NCBI GenBank assembly: GCA_951406725.2
Contig: OX597817.1
Span: 66,340,001 to 66,404,000, forward strand
Source of the DNA: Octopus vulgaris
Lineage: Eukaryota
Length of the DNA stretch: 64,000 nt
Direction: 5' to 3'
In this document: in pieces, positions 50,740 to 64,000 of the stretch
How positions within the stretch are numbered: the first letter of the stretch is position 1
Layout of the letters: every line of letters starts with the position of its first letter
Translations under genes and position numbers: made by a program
Notes under the pieces: model-generated
What the model was told of the DNA's origin: nothing
What the model saw: the letters and a program-made list of their open reading frames with translations, nothing else
Databases searched by the model: none

Positions 50740-52438
50740 TACATATTATATCTGTATATATATGTGTGTATATATTAACATATATATATGTGTGTGTGTA
50801 AATATATATATATATACACACAAATATGTGTGTGTGTATATATATATAAACACACATATATGTTTAAATATACAGAAAGATATATACATACATCATCCAC
50901 CCACATATACGCACATGCATATTGTGTGTACATATATATACACACACAAACACATACACAGGCACTCACACCACACACACATATATATTAAGGGAGAGTA
51001 ACCACCCACTGGACCTTAATAACTGTAAATAATATTGCCTCAGTTGTCATATATACATATGGTTACATACATACACATACATATATATACAAATACATGT
51101 GCATATATACATATACACATATAGATATATATACATATGCTAATATATAAATATATATATATACATACACATATATACACACATACATATACATGTATAT
51201 ATATATATATGCTTAAATCTATATAAATAGATATACATACATATATATATACACAGACATGACAGAAGTAAGCAGGCACCCTTATCATCATTAAAATTCA
51301 TTTAAATCTGAAATTATACATTCAAATTATTTATTGATTGTTATAATGTGAATATTTAATATTTAATAAACATGCCCTTTGCATTTTTCAAAGCAAGGAC
51401 CCTATTAGGCATGTTACTGATCAGATGACGAATACTCTCTTGTGGAATTTCTTGCCAAGTTTCATGCAGTAATCTAAAAAGATCTGGCTTTGAAGACACT
51501 TTCTTGGTCTGTTTATGAAGTGTCCTGTCCATTATGTCCCAGAGATGTTCAATAGGGTTCATATCCAGTGACTGGCTTGACCATGGAACTTTTAAAATGC
51601 CATTCTCATCCATCAAATCTTGGGGTTTTAGCTGTGCAACAAGGAGCCCCTTGTCCATAAAAAAAAAGAGTTGTCTTTAATCATTTCACCACTGGAGAAG
51701 ATTGGAAGGAGTCCTTTCTGCAATATAGACACATATTCATCTGAGTTTATGTTTCCCTCACACTCTATAGGCTCTGATCAAACATTGCTCCAAATTGCTC
51801 TTCAGACCATCGTAGAATAGCTGCCATGTTTCATTGTTGGCTGCAATTTTTTCACATCAAATTCTTGATCACAGAGTCTCCAGATCCATACTTAACCACT
51901 GTCAGGAAATACAGCAAATCTGGACTCATCAAAGAATATGACAGTGTTCCAAAATGTTAGTGGCCTCTCCACCAACTCACTGGCCTAGTCTTTTCTCCGC
52001 TTGATGTTGGCTAGTTGAAGAAGTGGCTTCCTTCTTTGCAGCTGCGCCATAGTAGCCAAATTTGTGGAGATACCTGACAGCTGTTCTGGGACTGACATCA
52101 ACTTGTTCTGCTATGTTAGAGGCCTTGCAACAAGGATTATCCTCCATACTTCTCTTAGCAAAGAGAAGGGTCCTGTCAGACAGCCCTGGTTGATCAGGGC
52201 AAGGTGATGTGGACTCCTTCCCCTCTCTGGTGAATTGCACAATCACTCTAACTTTAGAAAGTAAGATCACCTTCAGAATGAACCACAATACGGCTTCTTT
52301 GAAATGCAGACATTTCCAAGGATCTTTTTGTACACAGGATGATTAAACAGTCACATATAGAAACATAAAAATGTCATGTTTTATGGGGTGTCTATTTACT
52401 TCTGTCATGTCTGTACATATGCATACATACATACATAC

Positions 52439-52482
<44 letters not shown>

Positions 52483-52790
52483 ACACATATAGATACACAT
52501 ACATATAAATACACACACATATATACATAGATATATATAGATACATGGATATATGTACATGTATACATACATATACATATACAAATATATATACATATAT
52601 ATACACATATACATACATATAGATACATATACATACATTTACATACATAGATACATATACATACATTTACATACATATACATAGCTACATATATATATAC
52701 ACACACACACACACACGCTCACACATCCATATATATTCATATACATATATATGTTTATGCACAAACATGTGCATGTGCATACACATGCAT
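50740..52790. repeat. TA/CA-rich low-complexity tract hosting the Tc1 insertion
   Basis: Directly visible on both sides of 51254-52413. Confidence 0.85.
51254..52413 (-). mobile_element. Tc1-type (DD34E) DNA transposon, degenerate
   Basis: TIRs cagacatgacagaagtaagcaggcacc / ggtgtctatttacttctgtcatgtctg|ta; transposase remnants VSPRTAVRYLHKFG, VIFFDESRF, MKHGS, WSSQSLDMNPIEHLW..TWQEIPQESIRHLISNMPNRV; frameshifts. Confidence 0.92.
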
Positions 52791-53424
52791 CATATTAATG
52801 AGGCAATAAAATAATTTCCTTTCTTTTCCTCTTCTTTCACACCATCTGACTTGTAAAAATCTTATCCCTGAGCAATTATATTTTTAATATTTTTTTTTGT
52901 TTTTTAATATTGTTTTTATAACTTCTAATAACAATCCCTTCCTTGTTAATTTGTTCCACTATTCAAACAGGTCTCCACCAACTACACCCAACAAATTTTT
53001 GTTAAGATACACAGCACTGAGCCACAAACAAATAAACAATGTTTATTTTATCTTTCATATTGGACAATCCTTTCTTATTCATTTCTACAGTCAATTGAGT
53101 TAGTGGTCAACATTTCTTTATTCAAGACATTCTCTTTGATTTCTCTAAATTATCAATTTTTATGTAAGTAATTTTTTCCCCTGTTTTTTTTTTTACTGAT
53201 TTTTTTTCTTCATATATTTATTTATTTAATTTATTTTATAATATTTCTCTTTTTTTTTTGTAATTAATTTTTTAAGAAAGACTTATTAGAAAAATATATT
53301 TATATATATTTATATATCTAACCTCTGTATTAACAGAAATTCATGGTTTATATATTCTTTTTGTTGTTTTTTCTTTTGGAAAAGAAATAAAATAAACAAT
53401 AAGTGGGGCAAATAAAATCCAATC

Positions 53425-53469
<45 letters not shown>

Positions 53470-54878
53470 GGTAATAATAATGATGATGATGATAATAATA
53501 ACAACAGTTAATGCAACCCTTTTCGTAAGAATGAGTAGCAATATTTGTAAATATTCTGTCAATGATCATCGTTGTTGTTGTGGTTCATATAGTAGTAGTA
53601 GTAGTAGTGCAGTAATAATGCTGTGAGGGGTGGGGATAAGCAATTCCTGTCATATTTTAATCATAACAACCCCACCAAAAAAAAAAAATATATATATATT
53701 TTGTTTTAAACATTTAAAGTTCTATCTTAACATGAGAAAAAGACACTAACAAAATTCAGTGTTTATTTTTCTTTTTGTCTTCTTTTGAAATCTATTTGGG
53801 AGCATTTGTAAAAATTTTGCATCTGATTGTTTTAGAAGACCCCCCCTCCATCCAACAACAACAACAACAACAATAACCCCAAACAAGCCAAAATAAAGGT
53901 CAAAGATACATACAACATACAATAAGTAGTAGTATGACATAGTAATAATAATAATAAACAGTATATGATGACCACAGTAGCCTGCAGCATGCAAAAGGTT
54001 AACCAAACAATATTACTAGTTTAATTTAACAATAGTAGCTAACACTTGCAAAACATTCTTTGAAATACAAATTAGGTGATTTTTAAAGAAAATTTTGCAT
54101 GGAACAATGAAGTTTAATTTGACTGTTTGTACTAAATTTTCATGTGTGTTTTCTTTCATCATACTTTTTTTAAGCCTCACATTTAATACATATTCATTTT
54201 GATTACAACTTTTATATAACAATTCCAACAACAAAGATTTAAAATATTTGAATTAGACAATTCAAAAATAATCTACAAAGTGGAGAAAGAAAAGAGAGGG
54301 AGAGAAGAGGAGAGAGAGAGAGAAGATAGGAGAGAGAGACGTCGATGAACTAGATTTAAATGGAATCTCTCAATACTACTGGTCCATTAAAATGTGCGGT
54401 AAAACTATAATTGCAGAAGTAAAATCAGTTGATAGTGGTGGTGGTGATGGTAGGGGGAATTAAGGTTTATAAAAACTTTTTTCTTCTCAAAACATTAATG
54501 CATCAGTAAAGGGTAGTAAATCGCAAACACATTGACAACAAAGAGAAGACAGTTCTGATACTGAGCCATAAACTAAACTGAGAAATTAAATCAAAAGAGT
54601 AAACAATACTTAATTTCTCTTAAGCCCTTAAGCCACACAAAAATTTTTATAGTTCATAGGAAATTTTTAGGTGAATTTTGTATCCACGTAAACAAATAAA
54701 ATTTTTTGGTAGATTAATCATCGATTAAATAAAAATTAACTTACATCACATGGCTTTTATTGATATTTAGTTTAAAAATGGAAAAAAAAAAGAAAAACTA
54801 AATTCCTGAACCCTTTATCTTTTTATAAAGATAAACCACACAAGTAATAAAAGCTGTTTAAAGGAAAAACAATATATA

Positions 54879-54923
<45 letters not shown>

Positions 54924-55008
54924 ATGCACATGAGTGTGCAATGGTTATCTTTAGTAATGTACAGGGCATCCAAAGTAACATGATGTCAAATGAGTAAAAG
55001 AATATGCG

Positions 55009-55060
<52 letters not shown>

Positions 55061-55930
55061 ACACACACACATGAAAGAGAGAGAGAGAGAGAGAGAGAAT
55101 GAGAGATAGAAGAAATAGAAACATGTTGAATAAGGATTATTTACAATGTTAAGGTAACATGTATGACACAAAACTTCGGAACAAATTTTTGTCAACAATT
55201 GATGGTAAAGGGTTGTAAAAACATGACAATAAGAGAATCACAAAAGTGCTAAAGCATCCAGCCAATGGCAAAATAGTTAGAAACTTTTGAAAATCATTTA
55301 TTGCCCAATCTGGCTGAATAAATTTCATTATCATCAGAAGTGTCATCAGCATAAAATAGTTGATAAAATTGTATAGGATAATGATGATGATGAAGGTGAT
55401 GATTATTATTATGACAATGATAAGCATTATTATGGTTAACAACAACAATAAATAACAAATCTATTCTATGAAACAATGAAACATATAAATGAATATTTAA
55501 ATGTAAATGAAAAAGAATATCTTTTTAATAAAAAGAAACTGATTTATTAATGAGCTTAAATGGGTTATTTTTTCCCCCTTCTACTTGTTAACAGAGGCAA
55601 TCCTCTACATTTATTATTACTTTTTTTTTGTAAACTACACTACATTGCTAATATCAGATATGATGGATATCAGACATTTATGAATATTTCCAAAACTGTA
55701 CAAATATAATATTGGGGGGAGGGGATTAAAAGATAAAAAATAAAGTGAATAAATTTTACAACTCGTATGTACAGTTATCAAAAGAATGTAATATGTATGA
55801 CATGCTATGTAAAAAGTGGGGCAATTATGGAACACTGTGGAAACAAAATATTTCATTAATTTAACTTATAAATGTGGATGTGTTTATGTATATGTGCATG
55901 CATGAATACACATTTACATATACAAACATA

Positions 55931-55992
<62 letters not shown>

Positions 55993-56589
55993 TACACAGA
56001 GGAGGAGGAGAGAGAGGATAACACAAGAAAATGTACACATGCTCACATGCACATGAGCACACTAACATACAATAAGTACTGGAGACATTGACTTCATAAC
56101 CAAATCTTAGAGAAATTAAATGGCATTGAAAACAAGAATGTTCTACCATTAATGGGAAATATGTTTCTATATTGGACTGTAGAACCAGAATTTTGCATTG
56201 TTTAAATTTCAAACTCAACAGAATTTAATGATTTTTCCCAGGTTTGTTGTAATTGTTACATGAATACATACAAACACACAGAGAAACACTAAGACATGTA
56301 CATACATCCCTTCTCTCTCACTTTGAATAAAAGGTTAAAGTATAAAGAAAATATAATCTCTGTATTGAAATAAGCAGTTAAGAGAGAATTTAAATAAATT
56401 GCATGAATGGATACTAGATACACACACACACACTTTAATAAATGTATACTGAACAGATTTTTCAGGTCGAAATTAGAAAAAGAAAAAAAAAAGACCCACC
56501 TACTAAAAAACAAAAATTTCCTCTTAAATTACTAGAAAGGAAACTAGATACCAATTATTTAATTATTTGTTATGATTACAGGAAAAATT

Positions 56590-56625
56590 CTATTACTACT
56601 ACTACTACTATTAATAATGATGATG

Positions 56626-56687
<62 letters not shown>

Positions 56688-56902
56688 TATTATTATTTCA
56701 AATTTTTACCACAAGGGCAGCTTGGGGGAGGTGGGGATGAGTTGATTACTTCCACCCCAATGTTCAACTGGTACTTATTTTATTGACCCTGAAAGGATGA
56801 AAGGTAAAGTCAAACTCGATGGAATTTGAATTCAGAATGTAGCGATGGACGAAATGCTGCTAAGGATTTCGTCCAGTGCACTAATGATTCTGTTAGCTTG
56901 CC

Positions 56903-56946
<44 letters not shown>

Positions 56947-57410
56947 GCCTTTCTATTAAAGCATGAGGCCTGAAATTTTGGAGGGCTAGTCAACTGGTAC
57001 TTATTTTATCAACCCTGAAAGGATGACAGGCAAAGTAGACCTCACCAGAATTTGAACTCAGAATGTGAAGACAAATGGAATGTTGCTAAGCATCTTGCCC
57101 GGCATACTAACAATTCTGCTAGCTCAGCTCACTGTCTTCAATAATGATAATAATAATAATCCTTTCTACTAAAGGTACAAAGCTTGAAATTGGGGAGGGA
57201 ATAGTCAATTACATCAACCCCAGTACTCAACTAGTACCTTTTTGTTCGATCCTGAAAGGATGAAAGGCAAAGTCAACCTTGGCGGAATTTGAACTCAAAA
57301 TGTAAGGACAAACGAAATATCACTATGCATTTTGCCCAGCATGCTAACAATTCTGCCAGCTCTTCACCTTACTAATGATGACGATGATGATATTAATAAT
57401 AATAATAATA
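56590..57410 (-). mobile_element. Head-to-tail array of three degenerate SINE A copies within (AAT)n tracts
   Basis: caactggtacttattttattgaccctgaaaggatgaaagg..ggaatttgaactcagaatgt-like units three times, with (AAT)n spacers. Confidence 0.85.
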
Positions 57411-57900
57411 CATACATACGTCATTGTTGATATACATACATAGGCATCATAAATAGAAATTTGAGGAAACTAATGTTGATAAAAATTATTTAATAACGTT
57501 TGAAAATTAAATAAATTTGTTGTATGCTGTAAGGAGAGAAGAATCTTGATGTTTTGGGTCTAGGCCTTGGAGCAACAGGATTCTCTTCACTCTCACAACT
57601 TGCCAACTTATACAAATTTACACACACACACACACACTGGTGTGAATGGAAAAGTCTAATTACTCAACCACACAAGCACTATGATAATTAGTTGGTAATG
57701 GTATGCTGAGGCTTTCATGCAACAGCTTATATATACACACGACTAAGTGTGTTACCTAATACATAATATGTAAGATGCATTTAATATAATATCATAATAT
57801 ATATAATATATATATATACTATGTATATATAATTCATATATAATGTGTGTATGTATGTATGTATATATATATATATATATATATAATTCATATATAATGC

Positions 57901-57945
<45 letters not shown>

Positions 57946-59308
57946 ACATGATATATATATGATGATAATGGAAGGTTGGGCCCAGAAAAGTTGAGTTGAG
58001 AAATTCTAAGATTGTCATTTACTTTGAAAGATACAGACAGTGTAAAGCAACATGAAGAAAGTGCTGAAGGCATCTCCAGCAAAAATATTCATAAAGTTGA
58101 AGCAGTCAACACCTCTCAGTCATTTCTTTTCATTTTCTGCCATTATAAGATATTTGTTTTTAATAATTACCCTTTAAAACTTTCAGTCTACTGCAGTTAA
58201 ATGATGGTCAAGAAATGGTTCCTAGATATTATTGGCAGGAAATGCAATATAGGTGGACTTAAGAAACCGTTTTCTTTGACATAAATAATAATCAACCTTG
58301 AGAGGAGGTAAAGGCATATTTGCTCCCAATAAACGCAAGACGCAAGGTGAGGTGTGGATTTGAACTCAGAATGTAAAAAGATGCAACTAAATGCTGCCAG
58401 TCATTTTTTCCCAGTGCCCTACCATCTGCTGTAGCATTTACAATAAGTTTATGAAGATTTTTTTCTACATAAAGAAATAAGCGCACACATGCATATGAAT
58501 ATTAACAGTGTGTGTGTATGTATGTGTGTGTGTGTGTGTGTGAGAGAGAGGGAGAGAGATTACAAGGAATTTATAATTACATAAACCGAAATAAAAGTTA
58601 AACACTGAAAGGTGTGGTAATATTTAAACAATTTAACCGTTCCAGACATATAGATTACAACAAAAAACACATTTTGATTCACAGATTTAAAGTAGTTTTC
58701 CTTACAAAAAAAAAAAAACAAAAACACGAAAAACTACTATGGAACATCTCATGTTATACATTTACCTTTATCTTTCTCATTAGTGATTTACAAGTATATA
58801 CAATTGCAGGTCTCTGGTAAAACAAAAACGAACAGTTTGTGCTGCTTTGAATCACAAAATATGCATGGTAACAAGGATAAGAATGTAGAAGTTACAGTGA
58901 AAAGCTGGTAACAAATAGAGGGTTAAGAAACAGAAGTAATAGTGTGGCATCAACGACTATTTCATTTGTGTGCATGCACACACATGCACACACACACATT
59001 ATTTACAAAATGTTCTGAATGAAAGACAAAATGAAAGTTTATACAGAGTTCATCTGTTAGTATTGTAATAATGAAAAAGCCAGAGTATTATATGTTGAAA
59101 TATAGTTGAGGACAAGACCATAATGAAGGTCAGTAAAGAAACCAATACATTTCCATTTTCAAATTAACTGAAACATTTTTGCTTTTTTTTAAAAAATGTT
59201 TTTCTCTTCAGTCTTTTCCAGATTATTTTCAAGTTGAATAACATAAAAGAATTATATATATATATATAAATGGAGGAAAATACTGATGAAATGTAAATGA
59301 TGTACTAG

Positions 59309-59345
<37 letters not shown>

Positions 59346-60604
59346 CACACACAGATAGATAGATAGATAGACAGACAGATAGAGAGTGAGAGAAGCAGAC
59401 ACAGAGAGAGATTTTTCTTTCCCAAATTTGTAATTTAAGTTTTTGTCAAAATTTTTTTCATTTTGTTTTTATTTCCATGATATTTTTTAAATCTAATCTT
59501 TTGATTAAACGTTTCTTTTTAACATTTATATATATATATTTTTTTCCAATTTTTATTGAGTTATTTTCATTTTAATAGTAAACTTGTTAGCAACTATTTA
59601 ACATGGCAAGAGTTAAAAATGACTAAGACGTTTCCTTTTCCCTTATAAAGTAACATTTCTAGATATTTAAATCTGCAGAAGTATTTTCTTGACCACAGAA
59701 AAATGACTTTCTACATTAATAAATTCAAGTTAGTGTATAAACAAGAATGCAACATTTAAATCTCTAAAAGGCAACTGATGTATTTTGCTATGTTCAAAAA
59801 TTTTGGCGTCCATGTTTGTGTACCAGAATAAGTAGGATGACTTTTGGTTAATTTGGATACAGGGTATACTTGTTGAAATAGATTATTTTTATAGTTGGAT
59901 GTCCTTCCAATTATGAACTCCAGCATTTATGAAGTAAAAGCAAGACTTACTGTCAAACAGTTTGAGACAAGTAGAGTTATGTGCCTTACCCAGAGGCATA
60001 ACACAATGGATGCAGTAAGGTCAGAATTCATGATAATGCATCCAGTTTTCAGTATTTTAAATTCACAGCCAGTGCCTCTCAATAAGATGATTTTGACATA
60101 CATAGTTGCATGTGTGTGTGTGTGTGTGTGTGTACATCTGTGTGTGATAGATGACAAACTGGGATATTAGATGAAAACTGATGAACAACTTATATTGTAA
60201 CAGATATTTTAGAACGATATACAATAACTATATTATCCTCAAATAGCTTTTAAACTCTGAAAGTATATATATATACAGATACACACACATCTTAGTGTAA
60301 CTAAGTTTAACCAGAGCTTAATATAAAAAATTTCTAAAACAATTTAATATCAAGCAAAGTTTCTAACAATACTGATAGTTTTTCTTACCTCAAATTTAAA
60401 GTGATCTACAGGAAGATCTACACTACAGATGAGATTCAACAATCAGTTTAGAAATAATATATTCAACTGTCAACTGCAGTTGAATATATTATATGCAAAA
60501 ATTATATGCAAAAAGGCACAAGCTAATTGACGAGCTTCAAAAATATAAATGCCAAAATCAAAAACTTAGAACCTTGTAAAATATATTAAATTAATATGGT
60601 TCAA

Positions 60605-60965
60605 GAATGGCTGTGTGGTTAAGAAGTTTGCTTCACAACTACATGGTTCTGGGTTTGATCCCACTGTATAGCAGCTTGGGCAAGTGTCCTCTATTATAGC
60701 TACAAGTGGACCAATGCTTTGTGAGTAAAATTTGGTAGACAAGAAGCTATGCAGAAACCCATTCCAAATGCTTGTGTATCTGTGTTAACTGGTGTAAAAA
60801 TGATGTATTGACTTATGTCCCTTTACATCAAAATCCAACTTAGCCATTAGAGAAATAGAGATTGATAAATAAGTACCAGACTGAAATAAAAACTAAAGTT
60901 CTTGAAGGCAGTGCCCTAGCATGTCCACAGTTCAATGACAGAAACTAGGAAAAGAATAAAAGACA
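60605..60965 (+). mobile_element. SINE family B, degenerate
   Basis: ggctgtgtggttaagaagtttgc..cttgggcaagtgtc..tttggtagac..aatgacagaaac. Confidence 0.75.
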
Positions 60966-62345
60966 CATCACCAGCAAAGTTTATTGAGATGATAGTTTAG
61001 AAATGATACCTGGGGCATGGCATACTGACTTAGCCAGTTAACAAGAATGAAGATGTAAAACAAATGATTCTCAGCTGAGTTCCTTTAAACAGGAATGGAC
61101 ATTAATAAATTGATTCCTTGACTACTGAGAAAAAATTCTTATAGTGCAGAAACATGGAACTTAACAAAAGACTTGACAAGAAAGCTAAGAACAACACAGT
61201 CACAAATACATAATGCTTGGAGAATATAAAACAATGAAATAAATTTTAAGAAAATCAAAACTAGTATCATTGTCAAATTCATAAAATTTTTGAAATGGGA
61301 TTTGGGCTGGACATGTCTGCAGGATGAGTGACAATAAATAATGTAAAAACCTGATAGAGTGAATTCTAAGAGTCTGTAAAAACAAACAAAATATGACAAG
61401 ATGGAGGGATGAACTGAATTGATTTGATAAAAAGTTGGAGATCAAGAACCTCATAGTTGAAAATTATAGAAAGAAAAGATAAAGTCCTTCACCCAATAGT
61501 AGGAGAGTAATGGCTTGATTTGATTGAAAACAACAAAATATTTCATACAAAAATGAATTCCACTGAGAATACAGATTTCTTCATTAAAATTTTTTTTAAT
61601 GATTAAAAGAAATTTTAAAAACATTCTAAAAGAATTATTGCATAAATTTCCTATTTTCAAAATATAGACTGGTTCACAAGGTTGTTGAAACATCACCAAA
61701 ATTAGCGCATGTTCTACAAATAAATTCTAGTGAACACAAATAATTGTTTACAAAAAAAATGATAAATATTTATCTTGAAACATCTTTGAGTGCAACAGCT
61801 GGCCAAGTCTGTAGGATGCTGATTGAAGTATCGATGATTTGTATCTTGTTGCTGAAATGTGTCCCTTAAATACCAATGATCATCATACTCCACTCCACTA
61901 ATACCCTGAAATATCCAACTTAACTACATTTTCATTGTATCAAAAGAAATCAACAAACGAACAAATGTTGTAAAACAATAGCTAAGAATATTCCTGAAGG
62001 TAACTTTGAAATGAACCATGTAATAAACAATTTGATCGGTCTTTGGCCATATACTCAGTTCTGATGATTGATGCGAGGATTGGCTAGGACTTCACACTGG
62101 AGAATTTTAAATATTTTATTGAAAACTATCCTGTTGCAGCTGCTATCATGTTAGAATAATGTATCACTACATGTATACATCATCAACAGTGTGATGATTA
62201 TGATGGAATACTTATAATTTTTAACAATTTTCGAAATGAAACAAGAACTTCTTTTATTTGCTAGATAGAAATACTTGAAACTGAATAGAAAAACTGAGTG
62301 AACACTTGGTTGAATATCACATAAATGTGAAAGATTATTTGCTAT

Positions 62346-62513
62346 TAGTGACAGAAGCAGTATGGTTCAGAATAGCATTCTTTTCAGCGCTAAATGTCAA
62401 AATGAGAAGCCTTCTTTAAATGAATACTGCAATATTGTAGCTTTCTTACAGTATATCTACATTAAGTAAGATACATAGAATGCTATTCTAAACTAATACT
62501 GCCTCTGTCACTA
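62346..62513. mobile_element. MITE with ~35-bp TIRs
   Basis: tagtgacagaagcagtatggttcagaatagcattc / gaatgctattctaaactaatactgcctctgtcacta; related pieces at 24275-24510 and 62730-62800. Confidence 0.75.
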
Positions 62514-64000
62514 AGCCTGCCAGCAATTTGTAACTCCAGTGATTTGTTAATCACGGTTTTTCTACATAAGTAGAGGCTAAATTTGTCTAAGCATGTTTGT
62601 TGTCAGCGTATACCTGCTACTGATGACATGCAAAGATGCAAAAATCCAGATTTAGCAACTCTACTGCTGCTGCTGGATGCTTTTCATCTGGTACTGATTC
62701 TGTGCTTTCCAGCTTCTACATCTATACAAGATGCTTTCTCAAGATGAATACTGCAGTTTTGAGACTTTCTGCAGTATATCAACATTGAGTAAGATATACA
62801 GAAAGCTATTGCAAAATGTAGCAATTTTAGGAAATATCAGTGGAATTAATGAACTAGAGAACATACTGCAAAGATTGGATAAATGTGGTGAAGAATGGGG
62901 GTGGGATAGTTCAACAATTTTATGTAACAGTAATGAAACAACTAGCAAATGAATATTTTCAAAGATCTAATACAAATTTATGAACTATATTGAATTTTGA
63001 GCTTAAAAAAATAATCCAAATGCTAAATTGCAATTTTCTTTTTTCTCTTAATTACGAAATCATATAGTTAACATTGTAGTCAGTTATAAATCAGTGTCTT
63101 CAATATGCTTCATTGGTATATCCATATTTCTTATATCTATCAAGAAATAAAAATGAAATAGAAAATTTACTTTATACTCAATGGAAAACTGATTCAGTGT
63201 AGTGAAATATGAAACAAAGAGACCCCAAAACACCCACAAAATCCCATGATAGAAAGCAACAACAATAACAACAACACACAACAGGAATAATACTTTTCAA
63301 AAATTATAACTGGAGGAAGACACCCCCCACCCCAACAAAAAAACCCAAAGAATTATATAATAGCTACTATGGCTATTACTTCTGTAAAGCAATTCCTCTC
63401 AGAATTAATTTTAGAAAAAAAGATAATTTCCATTTGATTTTATAAGTTTCTAGAAAGTAATAAAATACATCTGCTGAAACAGTGCTGCTATCACACAATG
63501 TCAAGACAGAGACACAAACATATAAACCTGTCTATAAAATACCTCCCTCATCTGTAGTCATTGTGACAAATCAAAAGAGATCATTATTGCTATCATTAAT
63601 AATTATGTCTTATTATTGTATCTTGAACACTTTGGAATTAGTTGTACCCAAATATGATGATCTAAATTAGTAAGGAAGAGTAAACAGTTAAAATGACAGA
63701 AACAATAATTTTTTTCAACAGCCTGCCTAAAACTTTATGAAAGATTGAAAACAAATAACAATAAAACATCAAGAATAGTGAATTAAATAAACTCATGGAG
63801 ACAGACGTTTCAGCAAATCCTTCTCAATGCCAAAGAATTGAGGATGAATAAAAAAAATCATTTTTTAAAAAGGAGAATACCCCGCCACTTGAGGAGTTAA
63901 TGTTTTGCCTATGAATCGTTGTCAAATATGATATTACTGCCCTATTTCCTTGAGAATGTAATTTTTAAACTTCCTTTAAATGAAAGATTCTCTGGTGGTG

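Noticed and set aside
57490-58200. Candidate host exons (ESEENPVAPRPRPK on minus; KDTDSVKQHEESAEG on plus)
   Set aside because: Short, no recognisable domain and no convincing paired splice sites.
60175-60215. CTGATGA acaa-cttata-ttgt hairpin
   Set aside because: Followed by AACA instead of GAAA, so the core is incomplete; likely chance.

Overview
AT-rich, microsatellite-dense animal genomic DNA. The tRNA-derived SINE families and repeat landscape look cephalopod (Octopus-like); this is inferred by recognition, not from a database search. No host protein-coding gene can be supported, and most ORF-track entries are translations of (TA)n/(TATG)n/(AAT)n repeats. The window is a nest of mobile elements: (1) Penelope-like elements (PLEs), including one copy with an open RT+GIY-YIG frame at 31012-32727; (2) a hAT/Charlie element with intact TIRs and an 8-bp TSD; (3) Tc1, mariner, Helitron, Gypsy, CR1 and RTE remnants and two non-LTR ORF1 remnants; (4) solo LTRs, MITEs and many SINEs with TSDs. 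The most notable signal is at least six minimal type I hammerhead-ribozyme motifs from about five unrelated sequence families, several with non-canonical cores. They lie in PLE terminal regions, in a perfect 189-bp inverted repeat and in an LTR-like unit. Also notable are a ~530-bp zero-spacer palindrome inside a TIR element and a sharp drop in CpG content near 42 kb that suggests a methylated gene body.
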